Assembly (NCBI GenBank): GCA_973895155.1
Contig: OZ316895.1
Span: 19,482,803-19,546,802 of the forward strand
DNA: 64,000 nucleotides
Reading direction: 5' to 3'
Source of the DNA: Marsupella aquatica
Taxonomy: Eukaryota > Plantae > Marchantiophyta
Each line of letters opens with the position of its first letter. Position 1 is the stretch's first letter. The translations under genes were made by a program, and so were the position numbers. Under the pieces are notes generated by a model. That model had not been told where the DNA came from. It searched no databases and saw only the letters and a program-made list of their open reading frames with translations. Shown one piece after another: positions 1 to 14,105 of the stretch.

Positions 1-168
1 TCGTCGTGCAGACCTAGCAAGGTTCATAGGCTTGCAGATGATTTGGAGCATATGGAGAAGGTGTACAGCAAAACGTTAGAGCTAGTGGGTCTCCCTGAAG
101 ATTACCTTAGACAGAGCTTGGGCAACAAGACTGCCGCGAACCCGGTGGATGAAGTAAAAGATGAATAA
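1..168 (+). CDS. 3' end of an unidentified protein-coding gene (partial)
   Basis: Frame 1 is open from the window start to TAA at 166-168 (SSCRPSKVHRLADDLEHMEKVYSKTLELVGLPEDYLRQ...KDE*), followed by AT-rich UTR-like sequence. No family recognised. Confidence 0.4.
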   Translation, partial: SSCRPSKVHRLADDLEHMEKVYSKTLELVGLPEDYLRQSLGNKTAANPVDEVKDE

Positions 169-342
169 ATCCGATGTAAGATGATGTGCACCTTTTTGAT
201 GATTATCATGAATCTTGAAATTGTTTTACCACTGGTATCTAATGAGCGCTAGGTGAAGGCAAATTGCCCTAAGATGAAGTTTTCAGCTTCTGTGAAAAGC
301 CCGAGACATCAAATTATCGCCTGAGCATCTTACTAATAAAGT

Positions 343-650
343 GTCAACTACAAGCTAGATTGGGCCCTAGTTTTCTAGAGTGAAGCTTCTAGATCTTAAC
401 TCCATGACCCACCATGTGGATGGAAAACTCATGATTATGATGTCAATTACAAGCTAGATTGGAGCCTAGGTTTCTAAAGTGACATGTGGCTGGAAAAGTC
501 ATGGTTATGATTTCAATTACAAGCTTGTTTGGAGACTAGGTTTCTAAAGTGAAGTCTCTCGACCTTAACTCCATGGTTCATCATGTGGACCTTAACTCCA
601 TGGTTCATCATGTGGACGAGAAAACTCATGTTTATGATATATGTCAATTG
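343..650. repeat. Degenerate tandem repeats
   Basis: tcaa(c/t)tacaagct..ttgg..ctag.tttcta.agtga occurs at ~344, ~442 and ~512; gaccttaactccatggttcatcatgtg is duplicated at 561-615. Confidence 0.7.
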
Positions 651-3600
651 ATAATAGTGCATGAGTTTTGTAATGATTTATATTCACATTAAAAAAATAG
701 GCTCTATCGCTCCACCATAACATGTGTATGGAAAGAGGGATGTGCATAGAAAAGAGGATGATATGTTAGATATGATTGTTAAAATGATGACATGTATGAT
801 GATTTCTTTATCATTTCATTAACTTTCAAAGAATGTGAAAAGAGAATATATTTTGTTGACACTATTATTATCCTCTCCATTATTCACATTCAAAGAACGG
901 GTAGTTAGGGCTAGTGTTCTATAAACTAAAGCTGACTAGAGTAACTTGGCTCTTGGCTACAACTGGGAACTTCTACTCCCCTTGCCCAAAGCCTCATTTA
1001 AATATAGCAGAGAGAGAAACAGGTAAACCCCACATGGGAGTGAATAAACAAAGCCCTCCCCCCACTCTCCTGTCCCACCGTCCTTGCCTTTTGCACCCCC
1101 CATGACCCACTCATAGTCCAGATTCCTGACTTACCCCTAACTCTTGTTTCTCTGTGCCCCAGTGCACCCAACAAGAGGCCCATGACAAGCACAAAGCTCC
1201 TGACTGGACAAACCCCAAGCTGTAGGAAAATGCAAGAAACAAGTTTGAAGTAGGACAACAACAAGCTGGAGTTAAATAATTGGAAGTCGCCTTGTCGCTA
1301 TGAGGACAATGTTAGGTCAGACCATGCAAGGTGCAATAAGGGCCCTAATTTGGGAGCTTTGACTCATGCATGGACATATTGGAAATAGTAGTCATTTTCT
1401 ATTCTAAATTCATCTGCTGTTGATACTTGATAGCCAGGATGTTCAAGGTTTGAGGTACTGATCTTTAATATATACTCACGGCATGTAAACTAGGCCCTAC
1501 TATAATCACTGTCATATGTTTGGAAAATATCAGAGAATGAATTCCTCACTCTCAAGTCACCATTTCTCACACCAAGTACTATGGCTACATAGGCAAGGCA
1601 AAGCAGAAAACCAAATTAATCCGTGGACCCCCATGTTATTTTAGAGGCAGTTATCTAGGCACTGAAGCCAGATGGACCTCCAAATCTGAAGGAAAAAAAT
1701 TCAAAAATGAACAAGTCAATTTTTGACACTTGAAACAGTTGTCAAACTTACCAAGGCAATCATAATTAAAATCAATCACAAAACTAGCTGTAATGTGAAC
1801 TAGTGTTTAATGTGTGGGTAGTTTAATTGCCCACTTCAGCAAAACCGTGCTCAACGGTTTCCTCCATGTTATTGAAGGGATGCTGGATGCACTCAAGTTG
1901 CATCGAAAGTAATCACTTTTCAATTCCTACACACAAATAGACGGTGTCATCAAATCACTAACCTTGCAAAATTGTTTAAGACAAAAAGTTTCATGGAACA
2001 AATCTCCAATTGTGGGATTCGGAATGGATCGAAAGCTAGAGAAGTTTAGAAACTCATGACCACTTTAGTACTTGATAAAATCTCCCAATGTCACATTCAT
2101 TGGAAAGGTAGAGAACATTGGAAACTTATAATCTCCTCACAACTCAACTAAATCTATCAATGTTAACTTCATTAAAAAGCTAAAAAATTCTAAAACTTGA
2201 TAAAATCTGTCAATTTTAGGTTCATTCTCATGGAAGGGCTCAACGTTTCAAGGGTTATACAACAAAGATTTCTATTCGCATTAGAGATTACAAAATCATG
2301 GGTAAAATGGTGACAATACTGAGCTCATTAGGACCGTCTCTTCAAGATCTTTCCAACGCCATATTATATGTGAGTTTTCATTATGGTTTGACTCAGCAAT
2401 GTCAAATTGAAGATTCTTGTCGGGAAAATTTTATGTTTTGAATAAAATCAAAATGGAAATAAACTTGTTATTGAGAGTAGTTTTACCTCAATCTTTTGTC
2501 TTTTGATTTGCATGTCAGTTGTTTTTACATTCTTTTTTACGGCATGGCGTCCCAATTTTTACAGCAAAGTTGCCACAAATACGTGTAGAAGTTAAATTTA
2601 TCCAAAAACAAGTAACTTCCTGTTTGCGGCATGCCATGATGATGTGGCGCGCTGTGGAGCCAGGAATTTTGGAAAGGACCTCTAATGGGGTCCGTAATGA
2701 ACTTTGAGGTAGAATATCCCTACCTCAACCAAGGCCTTGTGCAAAGCAATACTAGTTGAGTCAATCAATCAATTGCTATGGTCTAAATTCTGATAAAAGT
2801 AAGAAATACTGAGTAATACTCTACAGTTGGGTCGCTATTAGTGTTACTCGAGTAATTTAGATTAGGGTCACTTAGGTCACTAGGATAATTATCCCCTAGA
2901 TTGTTCACAAAATCAACTCTTTTGTCATTAGATAAAAGTACCAGTTTCAATCAGACTTATTTGATCCAGAAGAACTGGGTGCTTTATAACTTGACACAAT
3001 CTTAATGTGACTCAATAACATTCTCTTGCTGGCAATCAAATATGAGTTGGTGTCCAATTGGAAGCAATAACATTTTTGGTTTTCATTTTGGTGTGATATC
3101 TATTACTAACTTTAAGTGGTCTAGGAAATTGCCTAAGACGTTTAAGACCTGTCACAGGTCTCTCAAAACCTTCATTTTTATTTCTTTATGGGAAGAGGGA
3201 CAAGTGCCCAATACAAATCTAGGAAGCATGGACAAACCAATAGTCAGACATATATGTGATCACTTAGACATTCAAAGCACTATTGTTTTATTTCCTAAAA
3301 GTATGGGTTGAGTTGATTGGAATGCTTATCCAAATCCGCTTCTTAAGGCATCTATATAAGAATGAACCAAAATAATGAAGACTTGGTCTAGAAACTTCCA
3401 TTGAAAGAGGATGAAACATTCTACTTTGGTCATGGGCTGTGATGTAAACGGTTATGAACCAGCTCAAGAGATGGTTTACCACTATTTGTGTTAGTGGCCA
3501 TAATTTTACAATGAAAGACTCGGTAAGACTTGATACACTAACCTTGAGATGCCCTGAGTTTTTGTAATATCATAGAAAAAGGGGACAGAGCCCAACTGTA

Positions 3601-4191
3601 GCAAGCAAGGGGGTGAAAGCCACCAATGCAAAGGGCCCTATTGTAGACCGTTAACACCTATTGGTAAAATGTCAACAGTTGAAACAATTGGAGGACTATA
3701 CAGTTGTTTGCCATAGGCATTGTGGAGAAAAACCCTAGCCCAAGTGTCACCCTCAGGCCAAGGATTACAGCTCCCACAGTAATACAGGAAAGAACTTCAT
3801 GATTGTAAACTCCATTTTCTTTGGCTGAACTTTCACTTGAAGTCATGGGGCCATAAGAATGGCCCCCACAATAATGTATTGTAGGAAAGTGACAATTGAA
3901 CTGTATTGTTCAGCCCCACAGTGACCACCTGGGTTTGGTTGGTCATAAGCCTGGTTTATATGGTCGGTTTCCATTTCTAGGAGTAACACCTTGATGATAA
4001 GACAGAGAAGCAAGGGAAGGGCGCTGTCGAGAGGGAAAAGCTCTCTCCAAAACAAGCAGAAATAGAAAATAGTTTTTAAGTACATTGTCACTAAAGATGT
4101 TAGAATTTACAATACTATCACTATTTTTTTGTATTTACAAAAATGTCACAATTTTTGTACATAGTTCCTCTGATTATCTTGGTAAGATTGT

Positions 4192-4266
4192 CATCCATAT
4201 ACTAAACAGTGACATTGTTATAAATACAATCCATATACTAAATAGTGACATTGTTATAAATACAAC
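4192..4266. repeat. 36-bp tandem duplication
   Basis: tccatatactaaa(c/t)agtgacattgttataaatacaa occurs twice (IHILNSDIVINT x2 in the ORF track). Confidence 0.85.
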
Positions 4267-5955
4267 AAAAAAATAGTGGCAATATTGTCAATTAGAACCA
4301 TTAGTGGCAACTTAATTAAAAACTGAAATAGAAAAATAAAAAAATCCATGCTGAATTAACCTCTACCATGCATGGGTGGAAATTAGTGCTAGATGAATAC
4401 AACTTTTTACTAAGTCCCCCCCAAAAAATTAATTCTCAACCTATCCCCATTTCATAGATGGGTTACCACTAACTTAACCATGGTTACTCTGGTGAATATT
4501 CAAACTCTTGAGTAGTATCTTGGTTCGAACCACGTCACACGTCGGTCCCCGTTCGAACCGCCTCTCCAACACTCGGGTTCCAGCAGATCCCTCCTTCTGC
4601 CATGTGAAAGCGTGTCCAGTATTTCAACCAAAAAACCACGGCAGTATAAAATCCTTGCGTGACAGGAGAATCCGCCAACGAATTGCTTCAAACCAACCGA
4701 TCAATCCAAGTCGGCACTGCACCGCTCTGCCCCCACGGTAGACGATTCACGCACTGCATGTAAACTGTCGTCCTCCCCTGTCGAGAAGACTCGCAGGAAA
4801 CCGAAGGAGTGAAAGTGCACCCGGTAGCAGAGAGGGAATTCGATTGAACCCCACAACGCGATTTCAGCTCCCGGTTGAAGGACGGAAAAGCGCTGTAAGA
4901 ACTGGAAAGGTGAGCAAATCTCATTGGTGAATTTATTCGAGTATGAGCTGTCGAATACATGGAATCTGTGGACTGGAAGTACATTGACTGAATGATAGGC
5001 ATCAATCTTCGGTTCCTGACAACTATTGGCTTCTTGATATGACGCAGATCTCCGCCTGGATTGCTCGTCGTTCGCGTGGGTTACGGAGCTGTTGGTGACC
5101 TCTTCTTTTTCTGCGGACGGGTGTTGACGAAGAAGCTGAGTTGTGAGAAGCAGATTTTGCAGAGGTTTTGAGCTCTTCCCACTGGCGGAATCGTTTTCGG
5201 CTGCAATTTTGAGGTCGGTGATTTGTGGAGATAAGAATTACCCTATATTCTTATATCTCATATCAAACTGCCCTGTTCTGCCCCTAAACCGTCAGACTAA
5301 AATGAACTGACGTAGTGCTTTTGAGATATGAGAGCGACTAAAAGGGATTCCATGCTTCAGAGGTCTGAGAAACGCTGCACATGACTTACTTGATTCTTGG
5401 GAGTCGTGAGAGAGATTGTCAATGACTTATCACCTTATGTTTCTGAGTCTTTAGAGAGGCTGGGGACAATTTGCTGAACGCTTCTAACTCGTGAGAGAGA
5501 GCGCAAGGAAATGGTTTGCTGCTTTGAAGCCGTAAGATCCAGAATGTAATCCGCTCATTGTGAAGTTTGGAGAGGAAAATATTGAAAGAATGGATTATAA
5601 AGTACACGAAATAAAACCGAAGCAGAAACAGGAGTAATTGCGTGTTTCCGATGTAGATGGGCTCCCTGGGAAGCAACGAGTGAATGAGCGTTGCCGTGGT
5701 AGAAGAGCTCCCTAAAGTGAGTGACAGAGCGAGACAAACAGAGAGGGAGAGGTACCAGTGATTATTGCTTGCCAGTGATTATTGCTTGCCACAAGCATTC
5801 GACAGAAGGAGAGGAAGTCGAGGCAAGGGCGATTGTTATTTCCGAAATGGCCAGGACCTGTATCGCTGGCTACGTAAATTTGTGTGTGGGTTTCTATCAC
5901 CCGAAGTACTGACAGGCATTGGTTTTGTGGGTTGTTGATTAGTCATTGAGACAAG

Positions 5956-7529
5956 ATGGGGAGTAGCAGCGAAAGCAAAGTATTAGACGGAATAGAACAG
6001 GGAGGTATGGAGTACCTGTCGGACGACAAGTGGGTGCCATCAAGTTCTGCTCACACTTCTCCCGTAGTGACGGTCTCAGAACCCAGCGGATCTTTTTGTC
6101 AAATGGATTCTCGATTCTCAGTTCCACTGCCACCAGATGCCGTTTATGAGATCATCATCGATCCAAACAACAGACGTGTGTTCAAGAATGTCAAGGTGAC
6201 TTTTCGCTTTGGGACTCTGGTGCCTTTGATAAACAAGGTGGGGTGGGACAGCCTTGAGAGTCATGCTTTGAGCTAAGGCCTTAGTGATCTATCCAAATTT
6301 TGGGAGATGACGATAAAAATTTGCTCTGGTTCTTACTGTTATTTGAGATCAGCTAGATGGACTTGATGTTTGGACCATCCCCTATTTCACCCTTATACTT
6401 TCTCTATTCGGTTTTAATAATTTTTTACCTTTTCTCAACTTATTTCCGCTATATTCATATTTCCTTCCAGTAATGAGGACTATGTTTAAATTGTGGATAT
6501 AGAAATGATATTAGACACTACTGTCAACAGGGATTCCTTGATTTGGTTCTACGGAGAGATTCTATTACAGTATGTGCTTTTGGATTCTCTCTGTAGTTGG
6601 GTTCAATGTGTTTGAGAAGAATTTACCTCAAATCACCTGCTCGTCCTGGTAGGATCGTACTAAATCTTAATGGTTGTATTCCAGGAAGTAACATACAGAA
6701 AAGTCTTAGAAGATGATGGCAATCGTCAGCTAGTTGAGGTGGAGCAGCTTGGGCGGTGGCAGTTCTTGATGTTCAACGGAGTATTTGCCTGTCGAGTGAA
6801 AGTTGAGCAGAATCGTCAGGAGCATTCAGTACGTTAGTCTTTCCTCCCTTCCATGCAGAATTTCAGGAAGACCGAATATTGGTGGAACTAGCGGTGAGGG
6901 GGCATTTATGTTCCACTATCTGGCTTTTGTGTCTCTAGCTCACTTTTGTTGTGGTACTAATGACTAGAGTAATGCCTCCAAATGGTGAGTTATGCTAGAC
7001 TGGTATGGTTCTTATGGCAGTTGGTTGCTTGACGAGCTTCAGAGAGTGGAGCCGATAATAGTAAATACGCTATGAAATATTTGGTGAACACGTGACTAGT
7101 GTCAAGGGATTCACGGCACCTCCTACATCTCGGGCTAAGATGTTGTCCTTTGCTCCCCAGATGAGTTATAATCTTGCTCAACAAGGTATGATGAAGAAAT
7201 TCATGGGCAGTTGGAAGATTGATCCCAAGTATGAAGAAGATGCAAACTTGACCTCTTCAAATGCTTCTAGTAGTGGCGATTCTTCATTTACGTCAGAAAC
7301 TGAGAAAGCCGGTAAAGGCAGGTTGACGGGTTCATGGGTCACTCTCCATCAAGTGGTTCAACCAGCTTTTATACCACCCTGGCCATTGAAGAGATATGTT
7401 AGAGGTATTTGTGGTCAGACTGTTCAGGATATTTGCGTTGACCTTCAACTAGAAGCCATCCGGCTAGCTGAACTCAAGTCTACACCTGCACTCAAGTCGC
7501 AGAACTCCGACATGTATGAAGTCGATTAG
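5956..7529 (+). CDS. Polyketide cyclase/dehydrase (START/SRPBCC) superfamily protein; exons 5956-6195, 6685-6828, 7161-7529
   Basis: Phase-0 GT-AG introns join an open frame: ...LPPDAVYEIIIDPNNRRVFKNVK|EVTYRKVLEDDGNRQLVEVEQLGRWQFL...|MSYNLAQQGMMKKFMGSWKIDP...SWVTLHQVVQPAFIPPWPLKRYVRGI. These motifs are typical of the plant START-like family. Confidence 0.85.
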
Positions 7530-10500
7530 CGATAAGACCTTGACGACGCTTGAACATATAGTTAATCTGAGATAGACAGTATTTGACATTTTTCTGTACA
7601 GCGCTAGTGATATGCCCATAAAGTTCGCAATGTTCGCCACATTTAGGACATCAGCAAGGTGATCACAGAATGGTGGGCGTCAATTGATATAGCAGAAACT
7701 ATGTTACAATATATATTTGAAACAACCCTCAAGGTCGAACCGTTGTGGGTGACCCCACCTGTCATACAGGGGACCTTGACTGATTTGTTAATGCATTGTT
7801 TATATCAAGGACATCTGTTTTAAAAGTCATTTTTATGTTTGAGATTTTATCTTATTGAAACAGATATTTGTGCTCGAGACTTCTTATATGCCATTGTGGA
7901 AAACTGGTTGGGTAGAATGATTGGGAAAGGTCAGATGAGGAACGGGAAAGGACGCTTAATTGTGCTTTTCTTAGCAAGTATAGTAATGTGTCTTCGTGAC
8001 TGCCTCCAAAGGATCTTGCTTATGTCCCCCTAAGGCACTTTGGGGTCCATCCTGAAAGAAACCAACTATGCAGTCTCGAACCCATCCACTGTAGAATCTT
8101 AATTTGCTTGCATACAGCGGTAAGGTTCGTTGGATTCCATCCTGATAACCTACCAACTATGCCTATTATAAGAGGAAAACGAAATTCACAGTTTTAGTTG
8201 ACAGTTTTAGACGCAGGAGGAATAACGTTGCCGGAGCATAATTTGGGACCAGTTCATTGCCTCTTACAATTGGAAAAAATCTACTTCTCGTTTTTTCTTC
8301 GAAGGGGCATCAAGGAACATACTTTACTCAGATGTCGAGACGATGCGACCACTACTACATCGAGGTAAAGTAGCGAACATATGGCTTGTTTGCGTTGACA
8401 ACGTCAATAGGAGCACATTGAAAGAAGTTCGATGATCACCTGGTGCTCCAACATAGTGTTGACTGGGTCAACGACGTGAAATCTGATCTGTCACTAGGGA
8501 AAGCACGCAATGGCTTCGGGTTTGTGAGCCTCTTCGCCATTTGCTAACTCCGAAGTCTTTGTGATTCTAGATGAGTCAATCCTCAAGGGACAATTCCACA
8601 ACTTAAACGAGCACAGGAAAAAGCTTCAACCTGTTGAACCAACGAGCACCCTAGTATTCACTCAACACTTAGACGACGAATTTACTTGTTTTCGCCATAC
8701 CATTTCACCCGTTATTGACAAAGCCACGGAATGATGTTGCTGTGGTAAACCTTACATTCTGATGATGTGCGACATAGACCCAATATTAGCTGATCGGCCA
8801 TTACAAACTTGAAAAGTTCACCTAGCTAGTTCTCTTCAAAGGTATCCTGGACAGAGGGACAAGAGTGTCGACAAACAAGACTCTGGTAAGGAGCGATTTG
8901 CAAATTGATATATTTTACAATACTGACATCAAGAAAAAGCAAGATTATCTGTATAAAGCAATCCTGGCAATATCTTGGGCTTATCAGTTGCTTGCCGGAA
9001 AATTAGCTCGTCCGCTGTAGTAAACTGGTGACTTGGCTGGCTTAGATATTGGAGCCACTGCCAAATAGGCAACTCTCCTCGCGTCTCACCGACACCGTTC
9101 GTAGTCTTTCCCAAAAGAGGAATGAGGACAACGAAGAGCCCATGCTCTCCAGACCAATACAAAATACTTCTACCATGCAAAATGGTGCCGATACAAAGAA
9201 GCCTAGTGCATCATACTGCCACCACTTTAAGCAATCAACTCGTCCTTCTCGGCTGTCAATTTATATGAGGCTCATCCGGGTGTTGCTCAGAAAGGCTCAG
9301 GAAAGCAATTTGTATGTACACAAGTTCCTCGACGAATTTCGATGCTCAAGGGTGAGGGAAAGTATCACAGTGATGAAAATATTGCTCGAGACGCTCTGAT
9401 CAGTGTACCTTCAGCTTCCCAACCGGGCCCTCTATCAAAACCTTTGCCTTTTCTTCGATCAACTCCTGGGATACCTTCCAAAGACTAGCGGCGTATAGTC
9501 CAGCAGCAGCCTGCATGCATAAAAGCAAGTACGATTAAGAAACTCGTCCTTCTCGACACGCATTATGGGTGACACCAAAGTAAATCGCACCCAACAAGCA
9601 ACATTCCAAAATTCCTAATTCGTTGCCTACACAATCGTACTACTGGTATTTCCGTGCTCGATGGTCAAACTCCTGCACCTAAATATTCCTCGGTCCAAAA
9701 CTACAAATAACTTCTCTACTCCATAGACTACAGTCATATCTGGCATTATAGTCACACCACTCTGACAACTCCTTGTCTATTGGTCCGACTGCAGACCACA
9801 GGGGGACTTCTAAGGAAAAGAAAACGAAAAAGACAGGTAAGGAAAGAAATAATGACAACCATCACTTTTCCGCGCGTGACCTCTCTTCTGATGCAAAGAG
9901 GACCGGAACCACCATAGAAAGGGACCAACACACAAGACTGAAACCCAAAAGTCGTCGAAACCAATAAGCGTCTATTGCAGCTTAATATGAGATAGAGCAC
10001 ATCTGCGAGAAAGAGCAAGGGACGGGGCACGAGCGAGAGAACTTACAAGTCTGTCCCACGTGTTGGATCTCGAGAACTCAGCTTTGCAGCGAGCCCGGCC
10101 CCTTTCCAAGAGCTCCGGGGACAGAGGGGGTGTGGTTGCCATAGGCAGAGAACTCTGTTGCAAGGCACTACTGCAAGAAGCCATGCCAGAAGTTTGTATG
10201 CTGTCTTTGTGAATGGAATTCAAAAAGATCTTTCAAGGCAAAAAAGAAGCCATGCCAGAACGAGCCACAAGTTCCGAACCAATATCAGACGGGCAGAGGC
10301 GGCCCACTAGGTGAGAAAGCACAACAATACGCACTCAAACCTGGACATGTGCGAATATAACAGGGTAGAACTTCTACAGCTGTCCGGTATATCCAGGGCA
10401 GCGAGGGGTCCGGTATATCTGGGCAGCGAGAGTAAGGAAGGTGCACACAGATTGCAATCTGGTGGAACTCCAGGAGTACCAATCAGACAGTGAGGAAGTC

Positions 10501-10911
10501 GGTTAGCATTGCAAGTGCTCATGGAGAGAAGTAAACTGTGTAAAACTCTATCAGCTGAGCACTCTATATGAGTCAATCCGTCAGTCTATCCGTCCATCAG
10601 AGATAAACCACTGTACCTACCTATAGCTCTTCGACCGATTATAAGTCCCACGTCCTCCTGATTCACTTCTACCCTATAACCCTGCCCAACTACCCCGACC
10701 CCATGCTCCATCTCTTGAAACTCGCCCTCCATAATTTATCGCTCAAATGATGGATAGCGATTGCATTCCTTCAAAACGAAAATCTCGTTCCTCCACCTTC
10801 CGTCTTGGTCTACCATGACTGCGGCAAGTGTTGTTGATTGATTTTGGGTTGGCCACCAACTACCGGGCCTTCGTTTGTTTTCGACAGACAGAACACTCAA
10901 GCATGTTGAAC

Positions 10912-11073
10912 TGGGGAGTCACATTGGATCACGGAGTGGAGGTTTCCAGGTCGAAACATGACCCATTTCCTCGTTCAGACTGTACTGCTTGGGGAGTCAC
11001 ATTGGATTCAGAGAGTGGAGATTTCCAGGTCAAACCATATCCCACTTTCTCGCTCAGACTGTACTGCTTTGGG
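10912..11073. repeat. ~79-bp tandem duplication
   Basis: ggggagtcacattggat...tttccaggtc...cagactgtactgctt occurs twice. Confidence 0.8.
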
Positions 11074-11865
11074 AAATGATAAACTAAAAAATTGTACTAT
11101 CCCCGCCCACGATTCCCGCCCCAATGAAGCATTGATACCCACGATTCCCGCCCACGATTCCCGCCCATTGATTGATCAATGCTTCATCATCAATGCTGCC
11201 AGAATGGATGGGTTTGACGGTCCACGAACTTTCCATCATATTTATGAATTTTATCAAACCAGCACACTTGAGTATTGTATCCCACCATCGTACCAACCAA
11301 TTACAGTATCAAACTCCTCGTCCTCTCACATAAAGCACGGGCCTTATAAGAGCATGCCCACCCGTCCTCTCACATAAAGCACGGGCCTTATAAGAGCATG
11401 CCCACCCGTCCTGTAAACAACTGGCCGGGGCCCATTTTGGCTGTTCTCCTTTGTCTGCCCGAAAATGAGTCGCCCACCGAGGGCCGGCCTTGCTCTGGCC
11501 AGTGAGGAGGCCCGCCTAAATTTGAGTGTGCTCCGCCACATTCAACCCATAGTGGTGGGCCGTGGCCCCATCGACCACCATTTGCCATCCAGATCCTGCG
11601 GTCAGCGATTGCCCAGAAGGGACCACCTGGATGACGATCTCCCATTGCCCCAGACCACCATTTTCCCCTCTGGATCGTGGCCGTTGCATCTTCCCATGCC
11701 CTGCTACAGTTCCCACTCGACTTTCTCGTGACTCCCTTGCTACAGTTCCCACTTGATCGATCCTTCCCCTCGTGTTTGAGATACTTTCTTGTGACTCCAT
11801 CGTTGCTTGTATTGTTCAGCTCTCTGACATCCTTGCCTAGCAATGGCAGAAGGTGGGAGATCGAG

Positions 11866-12736
11866 AGGTTCCAATTTCGCAAAAGCTGAACTCAATCAGC
11901 TCTCCTACTCGTGGATGCATATCTCCCAGGATCCTATTGTAGGCTCTGCTCAAAAGATTCAAACATTTTGGCAGTACACTGCAATTCGAATCGACCTACA
12001 AGCATGCAAGAGCGACCTAGCAGATCATTGGAGAGCAAGTGGGGTGAGTTGAAGCACGACGTTGCAAAATTTTCTGGGACATATGCCACTGTAGTTGACT
12101 TGAGGATTTCGGGGATGAACACTGATGACACATTGAAGAAGGCTCACGAATTGTTTGTGACCAAGCACCTGAAGAGCAAAAGCTTTCAACACATTGATTG
12201 TTGGTATTTGCTAAAGGATTGCCCACGGTTTGTTGTGGCAGTGGAGGACATAGCCAACAAGGAGAAGGGCAAGGGCAAGGGCAAATTAAGGGAATGTCAA
12301 CAAGGAGAATGTGCCTCCTAATGCACAACAGCCTGAAGTTGTTGTGTTGGATACCAATAGCTTTGATTCAGTGGAAGTAGCTGAAGGCAACATCATGCGC
12401 AGGCCAGTTCCGCTCCAGGCAAATGGTTGGCCGATTGGAAACAAGACAGCAAAGAAATTGAGAGGGGAGGAGTGTGCCATGAGAATTGCTGCCTGTGCCC
12501 AACGAGACATATTGGGAGTGAATTCGAAGAGGTTGAAATTGATGGCAGATAAGAACCTTCAGAACTTGTTTGCATTCAAGGCTGCAGATATTGATGAGGA
12601 CTGTAGGGAGTACTTTGTCATGAGCAGAAGACGGAAGCTCCAGAAATGGAAGGTTGAATTGGCTGACAAAATTGAGGACGAGAATAGGGCTGCACGGAGA
12701 ACTGTAGCGAGATCAACACTGCCTTCACCTGACTAA
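11866..12736 (+). pseudogene. Harbinger ORF1 (Myb/SANT-like plus NAM-associated C-terminal domain), frameshifted
   Basis: SWMHISQDPIVGSAQKIQTFW, RSLESKWGELKHDVAKFSG, FQHIDCWYLLKDCPRF and PIGNKTAKK are spread over three frames. Confidence 0.8.
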
Positions 12737-13251
12737 AGTTCTACGCATACAATGCAAGATCCTACCCTTTCAAGAGAACCAGATTTGGCTCAACAATTTG
12801 CTGAACAGGAATCCTCACCAGAAGTGGCAATTGGCCATGTAGTGGATAATGATGAGCCAGCATGGATGAGAGATTAGATTTTTTCTAGGAACATCCATCT
12901 CATTTGGAATTCAATTTTCCATATATTTGGTTTGGAAGTGGATTGAGAATTCTGGTCAAATGAGAAATTTTGGTGTCTGGCCCGATGAGCAATTTTGATG
13001 TTGTTCAGAAGTACTCTTGAGCAATTTTGTAGCAATAGCATAGTCAAATAGTCTATGCTCTTGAGCAATTTTGTAGAAATAACATAGTGGAGTAGTATAG
13101 GCATTGAAGTGGTAGTTCCATATGATTCTCCTATACAGTTAGAAATTGTATTTCAGAAAGCAGCCACAAAAATAAATTTGCTTTGTATTACTTTGAGAAT
13201 ATGAATCCTTGGATTCAAGCACAATTTTTGAATCTAATCTTGATTCCCAAC

Positions 13252-13527
13252 CTACTCAAATAGGTGTCCCTGCCCTTTAAGATTCCACAAGTGAGCCACT
13301 AGATCATTGCGTAGCATAAAGTGAGTATCAGTATCTTCAATCACTCTGGTCACATTCAAATACTCCTGCCAATTTGAGGATGGCAACCACTGCCCTTCTC
13401 TGGACCTGGCCCTTCCATGTACTATAGTCCCAATCAAATGGTAGATGGTCCAATCGTTCATCTTCCACAATCATATTGTGGAGGATTGCACAGGCAAGCA
13501 ACATATCTTTAATATCACTTTGCTGGT
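13252..13527 (-). pseudogene. Harbinger DDE transposase C-terminus, truncated by the insertion at 13528
   Basis: The reverse strand reads DIKDMLLACAILHNMIVEDER and, after a frameshift, HFMLRNDLVAHLW. Both are hallmark plant Harbinger nuclease motifs. Confidence 0.85.
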
Positions 13528-13837
13528 TGTGACGCCGCCAGCATGGCTGGTAATGAGTAATACGGCTTAACCCGTGCTAAGCACGTACGAAGTAGACTTA
13601 GGAGTCCGTAGTTATTAGCATGGCAACACAAATTAGCTAGTCATGATGTTTAGGACAGGTTTAGTAAATAATGAACATTCACGCCCGGGCTGGCGGCACT
13701 GCACCTAACATACCGTCGGATTAGGGTGCATTATGGCCGTCCACCTCGGATCTGTATAATTGATCTGGAGGCGGTCCACTGGCACGCCCTGACCCGGACT
13801 TGAGGGGTGGTCGGTACACTTTGGGCGTGAGGGCTTG
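13528..13837 (+). mobile_element. 5' part of a probable LTR (TGTGACGCC...), resuming at 54858
   Basis: An abrupt TGT start falls exactly where Harbinger coding stops. Removing 13838-54853 joins it to sequence with a TATA box (TATAAAAGG ~54904) that leads toward the Gypsy gag-pol. The LTR 3' end and PBS were not located. Confidence 0.55.
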
Positions 13838-14105
13838 AACCCCAATTTAAGGAAAACCGAACTTTGGAAATTCCGAAAATCACTAAATATTATTATTTTA
13901 ATAAAAAGGGGGCGACATGACGCGTGGCTGTGCGTGAAACCCTGAAAATGACTGCAATGTCACATTTTAACCAATCCAACTTGACGGGACCAAGAGACAT
14001 GCTCACGCAAATAATAATAATAGAGAAATAAATCTTTGAGATCCTTTATATATGATAACCAGTATATAAGGAGTTTACAAATGGTTTCTAGAACGACAAT
14101 ACAAA

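Larger units (their letters stand above)
11350..13527. mobile_element. PIF/Harbinger DNA transposon, left part; interrupted at 13528
   Basis: TAA|GAGCATGCCCA terminus at 11350/11394, a Myb/NAM-associated ORF on + and the transposase C-terminus on -, in the convergent PIF layout. The right end was not found in the window. Confidence 0.75.

Noticed and set aside
934-4494. Possible non-autonomous element with ACTAGAGTAAC / GTTACTCTGGT ends
   Set aside because: Short imperfect match, no TSD, and the same word recurs at ~6962.
8200-10600. Possible minus-strand intron-containing gene remnant
   Set aside because: Some splice-like sites and short frames, but no recognisable motif or consistent gene model.
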